Below, one piece after another: positions 53,095 through 63,913 of a DNA stretch of 64,000 nt. This DNA comes from an uncultured Gemmatimonadaceae bacterium (GTDB taxonomy: Bacteria > Gemmatimonadota > Gemmatimonadetes > Gemmatimonadales > Gemmatimonadaceae). The stretch's first letter is position 1, and each line of letters opens with the position of its first letter. The stretch is from the NCBI GenBank assembly GCA_963843845.1, contig CAWJMB010000002.1, positions 2,816,001 through 2,880,000 on the forward strand, written 5' to 3'. The notes beneath the pieces were generated by a model, which worked only from the letters and a program-made list of their open reading frames with translations, was not told where the DNA came from and did not search any database. Both the position numbers and the translations under genes were made by a program.

Positions 53095-53726
53095 GCGACG
53101 GTTCGTCCGCGCCACGGGATGGCGCGTTAGGCAACGCTCGCGAGCGCGCGGTCCGCGTCCTCACCGACCGCTTCGCCGACGACACGCTGTCGATGGACGA
53201 GTTCGAGGCGCGGCTCGACCGGATGTATCAGGCGGCCACCGTCGCCGACCTCGATGCGCTCCTCGCCGACGTCGACCAAGCGCGCCCGAGCGCCGCCGTC
53301 GCGTCGCCGTACGACAGCCGCGCGAACCGCCGCGTGCTGTCGATCATGAGCGCCACGCAGCGCACCGGCCGCTGGGCGATGCCGGGGCGCATGGAGCTGC
53401 GCGCGCTCATGAGCAGCACGATCCTCGACCTGCGCGACGTCGCGCTCCCGGCGTTCTGCGAGATCGACCTGCTCGCGATGTGGGCGAACGTCGAGATCCT
53501 CGTGCGCCACGGCGTCGTCGTCGAGGATCTCACGCACGACGTCCTGGCGAACGTCGAGAACGCCGCGCTCGACGACGGGACGGCGTCGGCGAACGGGCCC
53601 ACCCTCCGCATCACGGGCACCGTCGTGATGTCCAACGTCGAAGTGCGGGTCGCGCCGCTCGGCCTGTCTCCCGAGGAGGCGATGGCCGAGGCGGAGCGGG
53701 TGTGGCGGCGGCGGACGTGGCGTTAG
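53091..53726 (+). CDS. DUF1707 domain protein with C-terminal beta-rich (LiaF-like) domain
   Basis: RERAVRVL...LSMDEFEARLD...DLDALLAD; ILDLRD, NVEILV. Confidence 0.75.
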   Translation: MSDGSSAPRDGALGNARERAVRVLTDRFADDTLSMDEFEARLDRMYQAATVADLDALLADVDQARPSAAVASPYDSRANRRVLSIMSATQRTGRWAMPGRMELRALMSSTILDLRDVALPAFCEIDLLAMWANVEILVRHGVVVEDLTHDVLANVENAALDDGTASANGPTLRITGTVVMSNVEVRVAPLGLSPEEAMAEAERVWRRRTWR

Positions 53727-53736
53727 GCGGCCCCCC

Positions 53737-54315
53737 CTACGGCGCCGTCGCCCCCGGCGCCCCCACCGCGCCGCGCCGCATCGTGTCCCCGTACTTCGCC
53801 TGGTAGCGCGCGATCGACTCCTCGATCAGCCGCATCGCGCTCTCGCTCTTCTCCCACCCGAGGATCTCGACACGCTTGCCTTCGAGATCCTTGTAGATGT
53901 GGAAGAAGTGCTCGACCTCCTTCAGGTAGTGCCCCGGCAGGTCGGCGATGTCGAAGTACTCCTGGTGGTGCGGGTCATTGCACGGCACCGCGAGGATCTT
54001 GTCGTCGGGCTCGCCTTTGTCGAGCATGCGGAGCACGCCGATCGGCCGCGCGTCGATCTGACAACCGGGGAACGTCGGCTCCTGGATGCGGACGAGGATG
54101 TCCATCGGGTCGTTGTCCTCGTGCAGCGTCCGCGGGATGAAGCCGTAGTCGCCGGGGTAGTGCACCGCGGAGTAGAGCACGCGGTCGAGGCGTAGCAGCC
54201 CCGAGTCCTTGCACAGCTCGTACTTGTTGCGGCTCTTCGCCGGGATCTCGATGATCGCCGTGACCTGGTCGGGCGGCTGCGGGCCGGGCGCGAGGTCGTG
54301 CCAGGGGTTGAGCAT
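53737..54315 (-). CDS. ppa: Inorganic pyrophosphatase (family I)
   Basis: IIEIP, RNKYE, YPGDYGFIPRTL, DNDPMD, DDKILAV, HFFHIYKDLE. Confidence 0.95.
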   Translation of the reverse strand: MLNPWHDLAPGPQPPDQVTAIIEIPAKSRNKYELCKDSGLLRLDRVLYSAVHYPGDYGFIPRTLHEDNDPMDILVRIQEPTFPGCQIDARPIGVLRMLDKGEPDDKILAVPCNDPHHQEYFDIADLPGHYLKEVEHFFHIYKDLEGKRVEILGWEKSESAMRLIEESIARYQAKYGDTMRRGAVGAPGATAP

Positions 54316-54321
54316 TCGGGG

Positions 54322-54459
54322 TCAGCCCTCTCCGTGTGCGCGCCGCAGTGCCTCGCGCGTCTGTGACCGTCGTCGCCAGAGCAGCGCCGTGTACCCGGCG
54401 TAGACCACGAGCGCGACGACGTACGCGACGTGATAGTAGACGGCATTGTCGGGCGTCAT
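54322..54459 (-). CDS. ccmD: Heme exporter protein D-like
   Basis: 45 aa, single TM (YYHVAYVVALVVYAGY) followed by a basic tail, overlapping the ccmC stop. Confidence 0.7.
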   Translation of the reverse strand: MTPDNAVYYHVAYVVALVVYAGYTALLWRRRSQTREALRRAHGEG

Positions 54460-55193
54460 GCGTCCGCCCCCTGGAGCGCCGCGAGCGCCTCGCGGTCGGT
54501 GCCCAACCGGTAGCGCGCGCGCAGCAGCGCGAAGAAGAGCAGCGTGAGCGCGCCCTGCATGAACAGCCACGTCGTCACCATCTCCGGCGGCATCGAGGGC
54601 CCGCTCGGTTTGATGAGGACCGGCTGCGGGTGCAGCGTGCGGAACATCGTCGTGCTGAGGTGGATGAACGGCACGAGCAGCCCGGTGAGGATGCCCAGCA
54701 CCGCGGCGTAGCGCGCTCGCTGCGCGCGGTCCTCGATCGCGTTGCGCAGCGTGAGGTAGCCGAGGACGATGAGCCACGTGAACAGCGTGAGCGTGAGCCG
54801 CGCGTCCCACGTCCACCACGTCCCCCAGATCGGCTTTCCCCAGATCGGCCCGGTCAGCAGCACGACGGTCATGAACACGAGCCCGACTTCGGCCGAGCTC
54901 TCGGCGAGGCGGTCCACGCGATCGTCGCGCAGCCAGAGGTACACGGCGCTCGTGACGGTGAGCAGGCCGAAGCCGAGGTACAACGCGATGATCGCCGACG
55001 AGACGTGGACGTAGAAGATCTTCTGCGCCGGGCCCTGCATCGCTTCGACCGGCGTGAACGCGACCACGTAGACCACGGCGGCCGCCACGGCGAGGACCGA
55101 GGCGGCGAGCAGGAGGTCGATCCCCCCGCGGGAGCCCGGCTCGGCGCGCATCGGGGTGGAGAGTGCAGAGGCAGGATGACTCATGAGCTGCAA
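54456..55193 (-). CDS. ccmC: Heme exporter protein C
   Basis: QKIFYVHV, TGPIWGKPIWGTWWTWDARLT (WWD motif), RTLHP. Confidence 0.93.
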   Translation of the reverse strand: MQLMSHPASALSTPMRAEPGSRGGIDLLLAASVLAVAAAVVYVVAFTPVEAMQGPAQKIFYVHVSSAIIALYLGFGLLTVTSAVYLWLRDDRVDRLAESSAEVGLVFMTVVLLTGPIWGKPIWGTWWTWDARLTLTLFTWLIVLGYLTLRNAIEDRAQRARYAAVLGILTGLLVPFIHLSTTMFRTLHPQPVLIKPSGPSMPPEMVTTWLFMQGALTLLFFALLRARYRLGTDREALAALQGADA

Positions 55194-55212
55194 CGGAGCA
55201 TGAGGCGGACGC

Positions 55213-55914
55213 TCACTCCTCGAGCGTGTAGGGGAAGGCGAGCGTGCACGCCGTGAGGAACACGATGTCGAACGCTGCGAGAATCTTGATGTGCCCGACG
55301 AGCTCCGCCAGCGGCCGCCCGGCGAGCATGCGCGACGTGAAGATCGCCGCCGGCACGACGATCGGCACGAAGAACGGCAGCGCGAGCATCGGCAGCAGGA
55401 GCTCGGCCAGGCGCGTGTTGACGGTCATGGCGCTGAACAGCGTGCCGACCGAGACGAGCCCGATCGTCGCGAGCGCGGCGACCGCGGCGAGCGGACCGAT
55501 GGTCCCGCCCCGCAGCAGCGGCACGTCGTAGAACAGGGCGACCGCCGGAATCGTGATCGCCTGGACCGCCGCCACGAACACGAGGTTCGCGACCGCCTTC
55601 CCGGCGAACAGCGCCTCCCGCCCCACCGGGGCGCCGAGCAGGCCGTCGATCGCACGATCGGCCTCCTCGACACCGAACGAGCGGTGCAGACCGAGCAGCC
55701 CCGAGAAGACGAACGTCACCCAGACCACACCCGGCGCGAGGTCGATCACGGGCACCGCGGTCGAATCCCAGGAGAAGCGGAAGATGACGACGGCGAGCAG
55801 CGCGAAGACGATCGCGGCGAAGAACGCGCTCCGCGTGCGGAACTCGATGAGCAGGTCCTTGCGCGCGACGAGCCACGCCGTCGCCGCGAACGACGGCGCG
55901 ACGTTGACGCTCAC
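55213..55914 (-). CDS. ccmB: Heme exporter protein B
   Basis: KDLLIEFR, APGVVWV, RSFGVEEAD, LLPMLALP. Confidence 0.9.
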   Translation of the reverse strand: MSVNVAPSFAATAWLVARKDLLIEFRTRSAFFAAIVFALLAVVIFRFSWDSTAVPVIDLAPGVVWVTFVFSGLLGLHRSFGVEEADRAIDGLLGAPVGREALFAGKAVANLVFVAAVQAITIPAVALFYDVPLLRGGTIGPLAAVAALATIGLVSVGTLFSAMTVNTRLAELLLPMLALPFFVPIVVPAAIFTSRMLAGRPLAELVGHIKILAAFDIVFLTACTLAFPYTLEE

Positions 55915-55957
55915 GGCGCGCGCCTCGGCTGCAACGTGCCTCGCCACGACGCCCGGG

Positions 55958-56722
55958 TCACCCGCCTGACGTGACGAGCGCACGGTACTCGGCCGCGAAC
56001 GCGGCCGGATCGACCTCGGCGCGCGACGCGAGCGAGCGCAGGCGCCCGCCGAACATCACGCCGACGTGCGTGCCGAGCAGCAGGCCCTCGGCGAGGTTGT
56101 GCGTGACGAGGAGCATCGCGGCACCGTGCGCGCGGAGGTCGCCGATCGCGCCGGTGAGCGCCGCGGCGCCTGCCTCGTCGAGCCCCGTGAACGGCTCGTC
56201 GAGCAGCACGACGCTCGGCGCGTGCACGATGGCGCGGGCGATCGACACTCGCTGCTGCAAGCCGCGGCTCAGCCGGCGCGCCGGCGTGCCGGCGCGGTCG
56301 GCGATGCGCATGCGCTCGAGCGCCGCCGTCGCCGCGTCGGCCGCGTCACGCACGCCGTAGAGCCGCGCCGCGAACTCGACGTTCTCGCGCGCCGTGAGCG
56401 CGCCGTAGAGCAGGCTGTGGTGCGAGATGAGCCCGACCTGCGCGCGCGCCGCCGCGCCGTCTCCCACCGCGACGCCACCGACGCGCGCCGCGCCGGCCGT
56501 CGGGCGCAGCAGCCCGGCGAGCAGCCGCAGCAGCGTCGTCTTCCCCGCTCCGTTCGGGCCGAACAGCGCGAGGCAATCGCCGGCGTCGAGCGCGAGCGAC
56601 ACGTCGTTCACCGCGCGCCGCGCGCCGAACGTGCGGACGAGTCCCTCCGCGGCGAGCGCGGGCGGGCGCGCAGCCGGCTCGGCGCGGGGCTCGGCGAACG
56701 GCTCGGCGGGCAGTGCAGTCAT
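55958..56722 (-). CDS. ccmA: Heme ABC exporter ATP-binding protein
   Basis: GPNGAGKTT, LTARENV, LSRGLQQR, LLDEPFTGLD; upstream of ccmBCD. Confidence 0.9.
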   Translation of the reverse strand: MTALPAEPFAEPRAEPAARPPALAAEGLVRTFGARRAVNDVSLALDAGDCLALFGPNGAGKTTLLRLLAGLLRPTAGAARVGGVAVGDGAAARAQVGLISHHSLLYGALTARENVEFAARLYGVRDAADAATAALERMRIADRAGTPARRLSRGLQQRVSIARAIVHAPSVVLLDEPFTGLDEAGAAALTGAIGDLRAHGAAMLLVTHNLAEGLLLGTHVGVMFGGRLRSLASRAEVDPAAFAAEYRALVTSGG

Positions 56723-56762
56723 CACGACGAACGATAACCGATCCCCGCGAGCGTACATGCGG

Positions 56763-58376
56763 TCACAGCGCCGCGTCTTTCGTCTCCCGCACGAAGAGCG
56801 CGCCGACGACGAGCGTGATCCCGGCGACGATCACCGGGTACCAGAGCCCCGAGTAGAAATCGCCCGTCGCGGCGACGATCGCGAACGCCGTCGTCGGCAG
56901 GAATCCGCCGAACCAGCCGTTGCCGATGTGGTACGGCAGCGACATCGACGTGTAGCGGATGCGCGTCGGGAACATCTCGACGAGCATCGCGGCGATCGGC
57001 CCGTAGACCATCGTCACGTACAGCACGAGCACGAACAGCACGGCGACGATCATGACGTGGTTCATCCGTGCCGGGTCCGCCTTCGCCGGGTACCCGGCGG
57101 CCGACAGCGCGGCACCGACCGTCGAATCGAAGACCGCGGCCCGTCGCTTCGCGTCCGGTGCCGTCGCGTCGTAGGATGCCACGCGCGTCGCGCCGACACG
57201 GACCTCGGCAGGCGCCGACGTCGCCTCGTTGCGGTAGGGCACACCGGCCTTCACGAGCGCCGCCTTCGCGACGTCGCACGACGACGTGAACCGGCTCTTG
57301 CCGACCGGGTCGAACTGCACCGAGCACGTCGCGGGGTCCGCGACGACGACGACCGGCGCGCGCGAGTGCGCGGCCTCGAGCGCCGGGTTCGCGAAGTGCG
57401 TCAGCGCGCGGAAGAGTGGGAAGTACGTGACGACGGCGAGGAGGCACCCGGTGAGGATGATCGGCTTCCGCCCGACGCGGTCGGACAGCGTGCCCATGAC
57501 GACGAAGAACGGGGTGCCCAGCAGCAGCGCCGCGGCGACGAGGAGGTTCGCGCGCTGCGCGTCGACCTTCAGCATCTGCGTGAGGAAGAACAGCGCGTAG
57601 AACTGCCCCGTGTACCACACGACGGCCTGCCCGATGACGAGCCCGAAGAGCGCGATCAGGACGAGCCGCACGTTCGGCCACGACCCGAACGCGTCGCGGA
57701 TCGGTGCGTTCGACCCGGTTCCTTCCGCCTTCATGGCTTGGAACACGGGGCTCTCGTGCAGCCGCAGTCGGATCCAGACGGAGACGCCCAACAGCAGGAG
57801 CGAGACGAGGAACGGGATGCGCCACCCCCACGCCTCGAACGCCGCGTCGCCCAACGCGAGCCGGCACCCGACGATCACGAGGAGCGAGAGAAAGAGGCCG
57901 AGTGTCGCCGTCGTCTGGATCCACGAGGTGTACGCGCCGCGCTTCCCCGGCGGTGCGTGCTCCGCCACGTAGGTCGCCGCGCCGCCGTACTCGCCGCCTA
58001 ACGCCAGCCCTTGCAGTAGCCGCAGCAGGATGAGGATCACCGGCGCCGCGATCCCGATCGTCGCGTACCCCGGGAGGACGCCGACGACGAACGTCGACGC
58101 GCCCATGATGAGGATCGTGACGAGGAACGTGTACTTCCGTCCGACCAGGTCACCGAGTCGTCCGAAGACGAGCGCGCCGAACGGCCGCACCGCGAACCCC
58201 GCCGCGAACGCGAGCAGCGCGAAGATGAACGCCGCCGTCGGGTTCACGCCGGAGAAGAACTGCTGCGAGATGATCGCCGCGAGCGAGCCGTACAGGTAGA
58301 AGTCGTACCATTCGAACATCGTCCCGAGCGACGACGCGAAGATCACGGTGCGGATGTCACGAATCGAAGTGGTCAC
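56763..58376 (-). CDS. MFS transporter, metabolite:H+ symporter (MHS) family
   Basis: [61 protein letters not shown]. Confidence 0.92.
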   Translation of the reverse strand: MTTSIRDIRTVIFASSLGTMFEWYDFYLYGSLAAIISQQFFSGVNPTAAFIFALLAFAAGFAVRPFGALVFGRLGDLVGRKYTFLVTILIMGASTFVVGVLPGYATIGIAAPVILILLRLLQGLALGGEYGGAATYVAEHAPPGKRGAYTSWIQTTATLGLFLSLLVIVGCRLALGDAAFEAWGWRIPFLVSLLLLGVSVWIRLRLHESPVFQAMKAEGTGSNAPIRDAFGSWPNVRLVLIALFGLVIGQAVVWYTGQFYALFFLTQMLKVDAQRANLLVAAALLLGTPFFVVMGTLSDRVGRKPIILTGCLLAVVTYFPLFRALTHFANPALEAAHSRAPVVVVADPATCSVQFDPVGKSRFTSSCDVAKAALVKAGVPYRNEATSAPAEVRVGATRVASYDATAPDAKRRAAVFDSTVGAALSAAGYPAKADPARMNHVMIVAVLFVLVLYVTMVYGPIAAMLVEMFPTRIRYTSMSLPYHIGNGWFGGFLPTTAFAIVAATGDFYSGLWYPVIVAGITLVVGALFVRETKDAAL

Positions 58377-58468
58377 GACGGCGATCGGCTGGACGGGTCA
58401 TTGGCGCGCGAGGCAGATTACGCACGACGCCCTCCCTTCGTCAGACCAGCGCCGCCACGCCGCAGCTC

Positions 58469-60439
58469 ATGAACGATCTCGACGTCCTCCTGCAGGAAGA
58501 CCGCACGTTCCCGCCGCCCGACGGGTTCCGCGCGACGGCCTGGGTGCGCGACGGCTCGGTGCACGCCGACGCGGCGCGCGACCCGGAGGCGTTCTGGGCG
58601 CGCATGGCGCGCGAGCTGACGTGGATGACGCCGTTCACCGAGACACTGCACTGGACGCCGCCGCACGCGACCTGGTTCGCAGACGGCACGCTCAACGCGA
58701 GCGCGAATTGTGTCGACCGCCACGTCGTCGGCGCGACGCGCAACAAGGCGGCGATCATCTTCGAGGGAGAGCCGGGCGACCGCCGTACGCTCACGTACTG
58801 GGACCTCTACCGCGAGGTCAACCAGTTCGCCCGCGTCCTCGACGCACTCGGCGTTCGGAAGGGGGACCGCGTCGCGATCTACCTTCCGATGATTCCGGAG
58901 GCCGCGATCGCGATGCTCGGCTGCGCGCGCGTCGGGGCGGTGCACTCGGTCGTGTTCGGTGGGTTCTCGCCCGAGTCGCTGCGCGACCGCATCAACGACT
59001 CGCAGTGCAAGGTGCTGATCACGGCCGACGGCGGCTACCGTCGCGGGCAGCTCGTGCCGCTGAAGCACAACGCCGACCTCGCGGTCGCCGAATGCCCGTC
59101 GATCGAACACGTGGTGGTCGTGCGGCGCGACGCGGCGACGACGGTGCCTGACGCGTCCATCGGCCCGCGCGACCGCTGGTGGCACGAGCTGATGACCGAG
59201 GCGCGTGACGCGGACGGCGGCGGCTACCGCGCGCCCGAGGCGATGAACGCCGAAGATCTGCTGTTCATTCTCTACACGTCGGGAACGACCGGACAGCCGA
59301 AAGGGATCGTGCACTCGACGGGTGGGTACCTCGCCGCCGCCGCCGCGACGACGAAGTACGTGTTCGACCTCCGCGACGACGACGTCTACTGGTGCACGGC
59401 GGACGTCGGCTGGGTCACGGGGCACAGCTACATCGTGTACGGCCCGCTCGCGAACGGCGCGACGTGCGTGATGTACGAGGGCGCCCCCGATTGGCCAGAC
59501 AAGCACCGCATGTGGGAGATCTGCGAGCGCCTCGGCGTCACGATCTTCTACACGGCGCCGACGGCGATCCGCGCCTTCATGAAGTGGGGCGCCGAGTATC
59601 CCGACCGCCACGACCTCTCGCGGCTCCGACTGTTAGGCAGCGTCGGCGAGCCGATCAACCCCGAGGCGTGGATGTGGTACCACGAGCACATCGGCCACGG
59701 GCGATGCCCGATCGTCGACACGTGGTGGCAGACGGAGACCGGCGCCATCATGATCACGCCGCTCCCCGGCGTGACGGCGACGAAGCCCGGGTCGGCGACG
59801 GTGCCCTTCCCCGGCGTCTCCGCCGCCCTGCTCGATTCGACGGGCACCGAGATCGGGCGCGGTGGGGGACTCCTCGCGATCACGCGACCGTGGCCGTCGA
59901 TGCTGCGCACCATCTGGGGCGACGACGCGCGCTACGTCTCGACCTACTTCTCGAAGTGGGAGGGGCGCCCCGACCTCTACTTTCCCGGCGACGGCGCGAA
60001 ACGCGACGACGACGGCTACTACTGGATCCTCGGGCGGGTCGACGACGTGCTCAACGTCGCCGGACACCGCATCGGCACGATGGAGGTCGAGAGCGCGCTC
60101 GTCGATCACCCCGCGGTCGCCGAGGCGGCGGTGGTCGGCAGGGCACACGAGCTGAAGGGGCAGGCGATCGCCGCGTTCGTCACGCTGCGCGGCGGCCACA
60201 CGTCCAGCCCCGAGCTCCGCGACGAGCTCCGGCGGCACGTCGCCACGAAGATCGGCGCGATCGCGCGCCCGGACGACATCCTCTTCTCGGCGGACCTGCC
60301 GAAAACACGGTCCGGAAAGATCATGCGTCGACTCTTGCGTGACATCGCCGAAGGGCGCGCGCTCGGCGACACGACGACACTCGCCGACCCGAGCGTCGTC
60401 GCGAGCCTCAAAGACCAGTACGAGAGCCAGGAGAGTTGA
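58469..60439 (+). CDS. acs: Acetyl-CoA synthetase
   Basis: [67 protein letters not shown]. Confidence 0.97.
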   Translation: MNDLDVLLQEDRTFPPPDGFRATAWVRDGSVHADAARDPEAFWARMARELTWMTPFTETLHWTPPHATWFADGTLNASANCVDRHVVGATRNKAAIIFEGEPGDRRTLTYWDLYREVNQFARVLDALGVRKGDRVAIYLPMIPEAAIAMLGCARVGAVHSVVFGGFSPESLRDRINDSQCKVLITADGGYRRGQLVPLKHNADLAVAECPSIEHVVVVRRDAATTVPDASIGPRDRWWHELMTEARDADGGGYRAPEAMNAEDLLFILYTSGTTGQPKGIVHSTGGYLAAAAATTKYVFDLRDDDVYWCTADVGWVTGHSYIVYGPLANGATCVMYEGAPDWPDKHRMWEICERLGVTIFYTAPTAIRAFMKWGAEYPDRHDLSRLRLLGSVGEPINPEAWMWYHEHIGHGRCPIVDTWWQTETGAIMITPLPGVTATKPGSATVPFPGVSAALLDSTGTEIGRGGGLLAITRPWPSMLRTIWGDDARYVSTYFSKWEGRPDLYFPGDGAKRDDDGYYWILGRVDDVLNVAGHRIGTMEVESALVDHPAVAEAAVVGRAHELKGQAIAAFVTLRGGHTSSPELRDELRRHVATKIGAIARPDDILFSADLPKTRSGKIMRRLLRDIAEGRALGDTTTLADPSVVASLKDQYESQES

Positions 60440-60444
60440 TCGCC

Positions 60445-60828
60445 ATGTTCGGCAAGTTCTTCCCCGAGTCCATCTTCGCCCGCAAGCTCGCCCCCGACGC
60501 CGAGCGTCGGCTCCGGCTCGCGCAAGCGCGGGCCGAGGAGTCGATCGTGCGCACGCACGTCGACAACGCGCTGATGTTCATGGACACCCTGGCCGAGGAC
60601 CTGAGCTTCGACCGCGCGATCGACACGTACATCCGCGTCCTGGGCATTCCGGAGCCGCTCGCGAGCACCGTCGCGACGCGTGCACTCGTCGTGCTCGGCC
60701 AGGACCTCGTGCCCTTCCGCCGCCGGCAGCGCAGCGCCACCGAGAGCGATGACGCGCGCGAGCCGCTCGGCAAGCCGAAGCTCCGGCTCGACGACGCGGC
60801 GGACGCGCGCGCGAAGCGGCGGGCCTGA
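60445..60828 (+). CDS. Hypothetical protein
   Basis: MFGKFFPESIF...IVRTHVDNAL...; host-like codon usage directly after acs. Confidence 0.7.
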   Translation: MFGKFFPESIFARKLAPDAERRLRLAQARAEESIVRTHVDNALMFMDTLAEDLSFDRAIDTYIRVLGIPEPLASTVATRALVVLGQDLVPFRRRQRSATESDDAREPLGKPKLRLDDAADARAKRRA

Positions 60829-60876
60829 GGGCGACCTCCGCCGTCCCGAGCGCGGCGAGCGACGACAGCTCGGTCG

Positions 60877-61676
60877 TCAGCGCTTCCCGGAGTCGGCCGC
60901 AGGGGGCGCCGCCGCCGCCGCCGGGGCGACCTTCGCCGCCGAGTCGACGGCCGCCTTGATCGCGTCGTACGACGGCGAGCCGTTCGCGAGCATCTGGCCC
61001 CCGATGATGAGCGTCGGCGTCGACCGGACGCCGCGGCGCTCCGCCTCCTGGGCGTTCGCCGCGACGCGCCCGAGGTGCTTGCGGGTGTCGTAGCAGGCAT
61101 CGAATGCCCCCTGATCGAGGCCGAGCTGCTTCGCGTACCCCTTGAAGATCGACGTCGGGTTCGCCGAGGCCTGCGTGTTCCAGTCGAACTGCCCCTGGAA
61201 CAGCCGGTCGTGCATCTCCCAGAACTTGTTCTGGTCCGCCGCACACTCGCCGGCGAGCGTCGCCGCGACCGTGTTGACGTGCGCCGTCGTCACCTGGAAC
61301 GGATAGAAGCGGAAGCGCGCCTGCCCCGTCTTCACGAGCCGCTCGCGCACGTCGGGCTCCGTGACGGTCGCGAACTGGCCGCACCCCGGACACTCGAAGT
61401 CGCCGAACTCGACGATCTCGACCGGTGCGGACGCGCTGCCCATGACGTGCCCCTCGGCCGTCATGCCGACGGCGGCGCGCGGGTCGACGGCGATGACGGC
61501 GTTCGCCTTCGTGCGCTGCATCGCCCACGAGATGAGCACGAGGCCGACCGCGACGACGAGCCCGATCGCCACGTAGAACGGACGGCGCGAGGCGCCGGTC
61601 CGCGCGCCTTTTACGACGTTCCCCCCCCGGTCCGTCCCCCCGTTCCCCGTCCGGCATCCACTCGGTTCTTTGCCAT
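60877..61676 (-). CDS. DsbA/Thioredoxin_4 family protein (frameshift in C8 run 61621-61628)
   Basis: GSASAPVEIVEFGDFECPGC, KFWEMHDRLF, GVRSTPT; one extra base joins MAKNRVDAG... to the TM-containing frame. Confidence 0.85.
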
Positions 61677-61924
61677 GTGCTTGTCAGGTTGTCGATGGCC
61701 TCGCGCACGATGCGGCGGCTCTCCGCCACCTCCGGCGTATCGTACGTCGCGCGGACCTCGTAGTGAAAGAGCTCGCTGCGCACGTCGCCGATGAGCGTCA
61801 TCAGCTCGTTCGCGTTGCGCAACAGCTCGCCGCGCTGCTCGAGCTCGAGAATGCGACCGGCGAGCGCGACGAGCAGCGCGCGCAGGTTGCGGGACCGTCC
61901 TTCGTCGTACGTCTGTTCCTGCAT
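61611..61924 (-). CDS. Hypothetical protein (stop restored by the same C-run correction)
   Basis: MQEQTYDEGRSRNLRALL...ELFHYEVRATYDTPEV...; reaches TAA at 61611-61613 if the C-run is C9. Confidence 0.6.
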
Positions 61925-61970
61925 GCGCGGAAAGGTAACCTGCGTGGGGCGCGCTCATTAGCTTGCCGGC

Positions 61971-62873
61971 GTGCGCGCCGATCATCTTCGCATACCCGTC
62001 GGTCCGGGCTCCGTTCACGTCGAGCGTTACGGCTACGGCGGGACGCCGATCGTGCTGCTCCACGGCTTCGGCACGTCGAGCTTCCTCTGGCGTCACGTCG
62101 CGCCCGGCCTCGCGCTCGGCCGCCAGTCGGCGTTCGCCATCGATCTACTCGGGCACGGTGAGTCGGACCGGCCGGCAGAGGCAGACTACGGCATCGCGGC
62201 GCAGAGTGAGTACCTCGATCGGGCGCTGACGGCGCTGCGCGTCGCGCGAGCGGTCATCGTCGGCGTCGACGTGGGCGGGGGGGTCGCGCTGCGGCTCGCG
62301 ACGACGCGGCCGGATCGGGTGAGCGGGCTCGTGCTCGTGAACACCGTCGCATTCGACGAGCTGCCGGGGCGCGACGTCCGCATCCTGCAGCACAACACGG
62401 CACGGTTCGCGTTCCGCGTCGCGCGCGGGATGTTCGCGGCGGCGCCACTGCTGACGCCGATTCTCCGCGGCAGCGTCGCCGACCCGGCGCACATGCCGGA
62501 TCACCTCGTCGCTCGCTACCTCGCCCCGTTCGTCGGACGCGACGGCGTCGCGCACCTGCTCGATCTCGCCCGCTCGCTCCGGGTCGAGGAGATGGAGGAG
62601 CTCGACCTCGCGACGATCGGCGCGCCGTCGCTCGTCGTCTGGGGGGAGGCCGACTCGTTCACCGACGCCGACATTCCGTCGCGGCTGCTCCACGCGATTC
62701 CGAACCTGCGCCTCGTTCGCCTACCGCGCGTCGCCCGACTCGTGCCGGAGGAGGTGCCCGAGGAGCTGACACGCCTCATTCTCGATTTCGTGAGCCAGTT
62801 CGCGGCACTTCCCGACCCGCCGCGCACGCTCGCGACCGTGGGTCCGCCGACACCGGTGCCGCCGACGCGATGA
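61971..62873 (+). CDS. Alpha/beta fold hydrolase
   Basis: IVLLHGFG, IDLLGHGESD, GVDVGGG nucleophile elbow, LVVWGEAD. Confidence 0.85.
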   Translation: MRADHLRIPVGPGSVHVERYGYGGTPIVLLHGFGTSSFLWRHVAPGLALGRQSAFAIDLLGHGESDRPAEADYGIAAQSEYLDRALTALRVARAVIVGVDVGGGVALRLATTRPDRVSGLVLVNTVAFDELPGRDVRILQHNTARFAFRVARGMFAAAPLLTPILRGSVADPAHMPDHLVARYLAPFVGRDGVAHLLDLARSLRVEEMEELDLATIGAPSLVVWGEADSFTDADIPSRLLHAIPNLRLVRLPRVARLVPEEVPEELTRLILDFVSQFAALPDPPRTLATVGPPTPVPPTR

Positions 62874-62984
62874 CGGCCGCCAACTTGCACTCTCGGTGAC
62901 CGTCCGACACTAGGATGAGTCGGAGAACCGAGTTATCTTAGGACGTATAACATTCTTACGAGGCGTACCGTTATTAAGACCTAC

Positions 62985-63266
62985 ATGGCCAAGAAGACAC
63001 AAGGTAATCCGCAGCGTGGTCGTCAGAACTCCGTCGCGACCGCGACGCCGTTCGAGGAGGCGCGCGACGAGCTGTTTCAGCACGTGATGCAGTGCGGCGT
63101 CATCGGCTCGGAGCCGGACGACCAGCGCGAGTGGTTCGACGCCACGATCGCGTATCTGTCGGATCGGTATCCTGAGCTGTCGGCCGACCGGGTGCAGGAG
63201 CTGCGCACGCTCGGTGAGCGCTTCGCACAGCCGCTGAAGCGGCAGCCCGCGACGACCGCTGCCTGA
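62985..63266 (+). CDS. Hypothetical 93-aa protein
   Basis: FEEARDELFQHVMQCGVIG...WFDATIAYL; preceded by an AT-rich region and followed by a terminator. Confidence 0.7.
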   Translation: MAKKTQGNPQRGRQNSVATATPFEEARDELFQHVMQCGVIGSEPDDQREWFDATIAYLSDRYPELSADRVQELRTLGERFAQPLKRQPATTAA

Positions 63267-63272
63267 TCTGCG

Positions 63273-63297
63273 CGCCCCGCTCACCGCGGGGCGTTTT
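63273..63297 (+). terminator. Intrinsic terminator
   Basis: CGCCCCGC-TCACC-GCGGGGCG followed by TTTT. Confidence 0.75.
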
Positions 63298-63356
63298 CGT
63301 CGGCGCTGGGCTCGTCGGCGCGCTCGTCCAGGCGCCGCCGTCCAAGCGCCGCTGCG

Positions 63357-63913
63357 CTAGCGGCGTCCCGGGCGCAGCGACCGGAGGACGACGCCGAGCC
63401 GCGCGCCACCCCCGACGCCGGCTTCGATCGCCGGAACGACGCTGCCGCGGGGCGCGAGCTCGACGCCGACGAGTGCGACGAGCAGTGGCCGGAGGGCGTC
63501 GCCGGCGACGTGGCGCACCCCCACCCCGCCCCCGGCATACACGCCGCGCCGATCCTGGCGGTATGGGTCCAGGTGGAAGCGGGCGATCCCCTCGAGCCGC
63601 TGCACGCCGGCCGTTCCCCGCCGGGCCGTCGCTCCACGCCGGCGCCGGCGATGACCGCGAACCGCACGTACGGCGCGGCATCGAACGCGAGGCCGACCCC
63701 GCCCTGCGCGCCGGCGCGCTCCCCAGCGAATGCGTCGACCCGCGCCTCGACGACCGGGCCACGGCTCCGCGTGGCGGTTGCGGTCCTCGGCGCGGGCGGG
63801 GAAAGCTGACCGGCGGCGCACGCCGGGCCGACGACCAGCGCGGACACCGTGACACGGCCGATCGCGCGCAGCCGGACACCCGCTCGCCGTCGGTCTCGGC
63901 TCACGACCGTCAC
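63357..63913 (-). CDS. Hypothetical exported beta-strand protein (frameshift near 63615)
   Basis: Signal-like segment and VEARVDAF...YVRFAVIAGAG in one frame; ARFHLDPY...GVYAGGGVG...AIEAGVGGGARLG in another. Confidence 0.5.

Noticed and set aside
56763..60439. Divergent MHS transporter and acs
   Set aside because: An ordinary carboxylate uptake/activation arrangement.
62956..62962. A fifth TTACGAG copy matching the island-edge heptamer
   Set aside because: A single 7-mer 59 kb away can occur by chance, and there is no att-like context.
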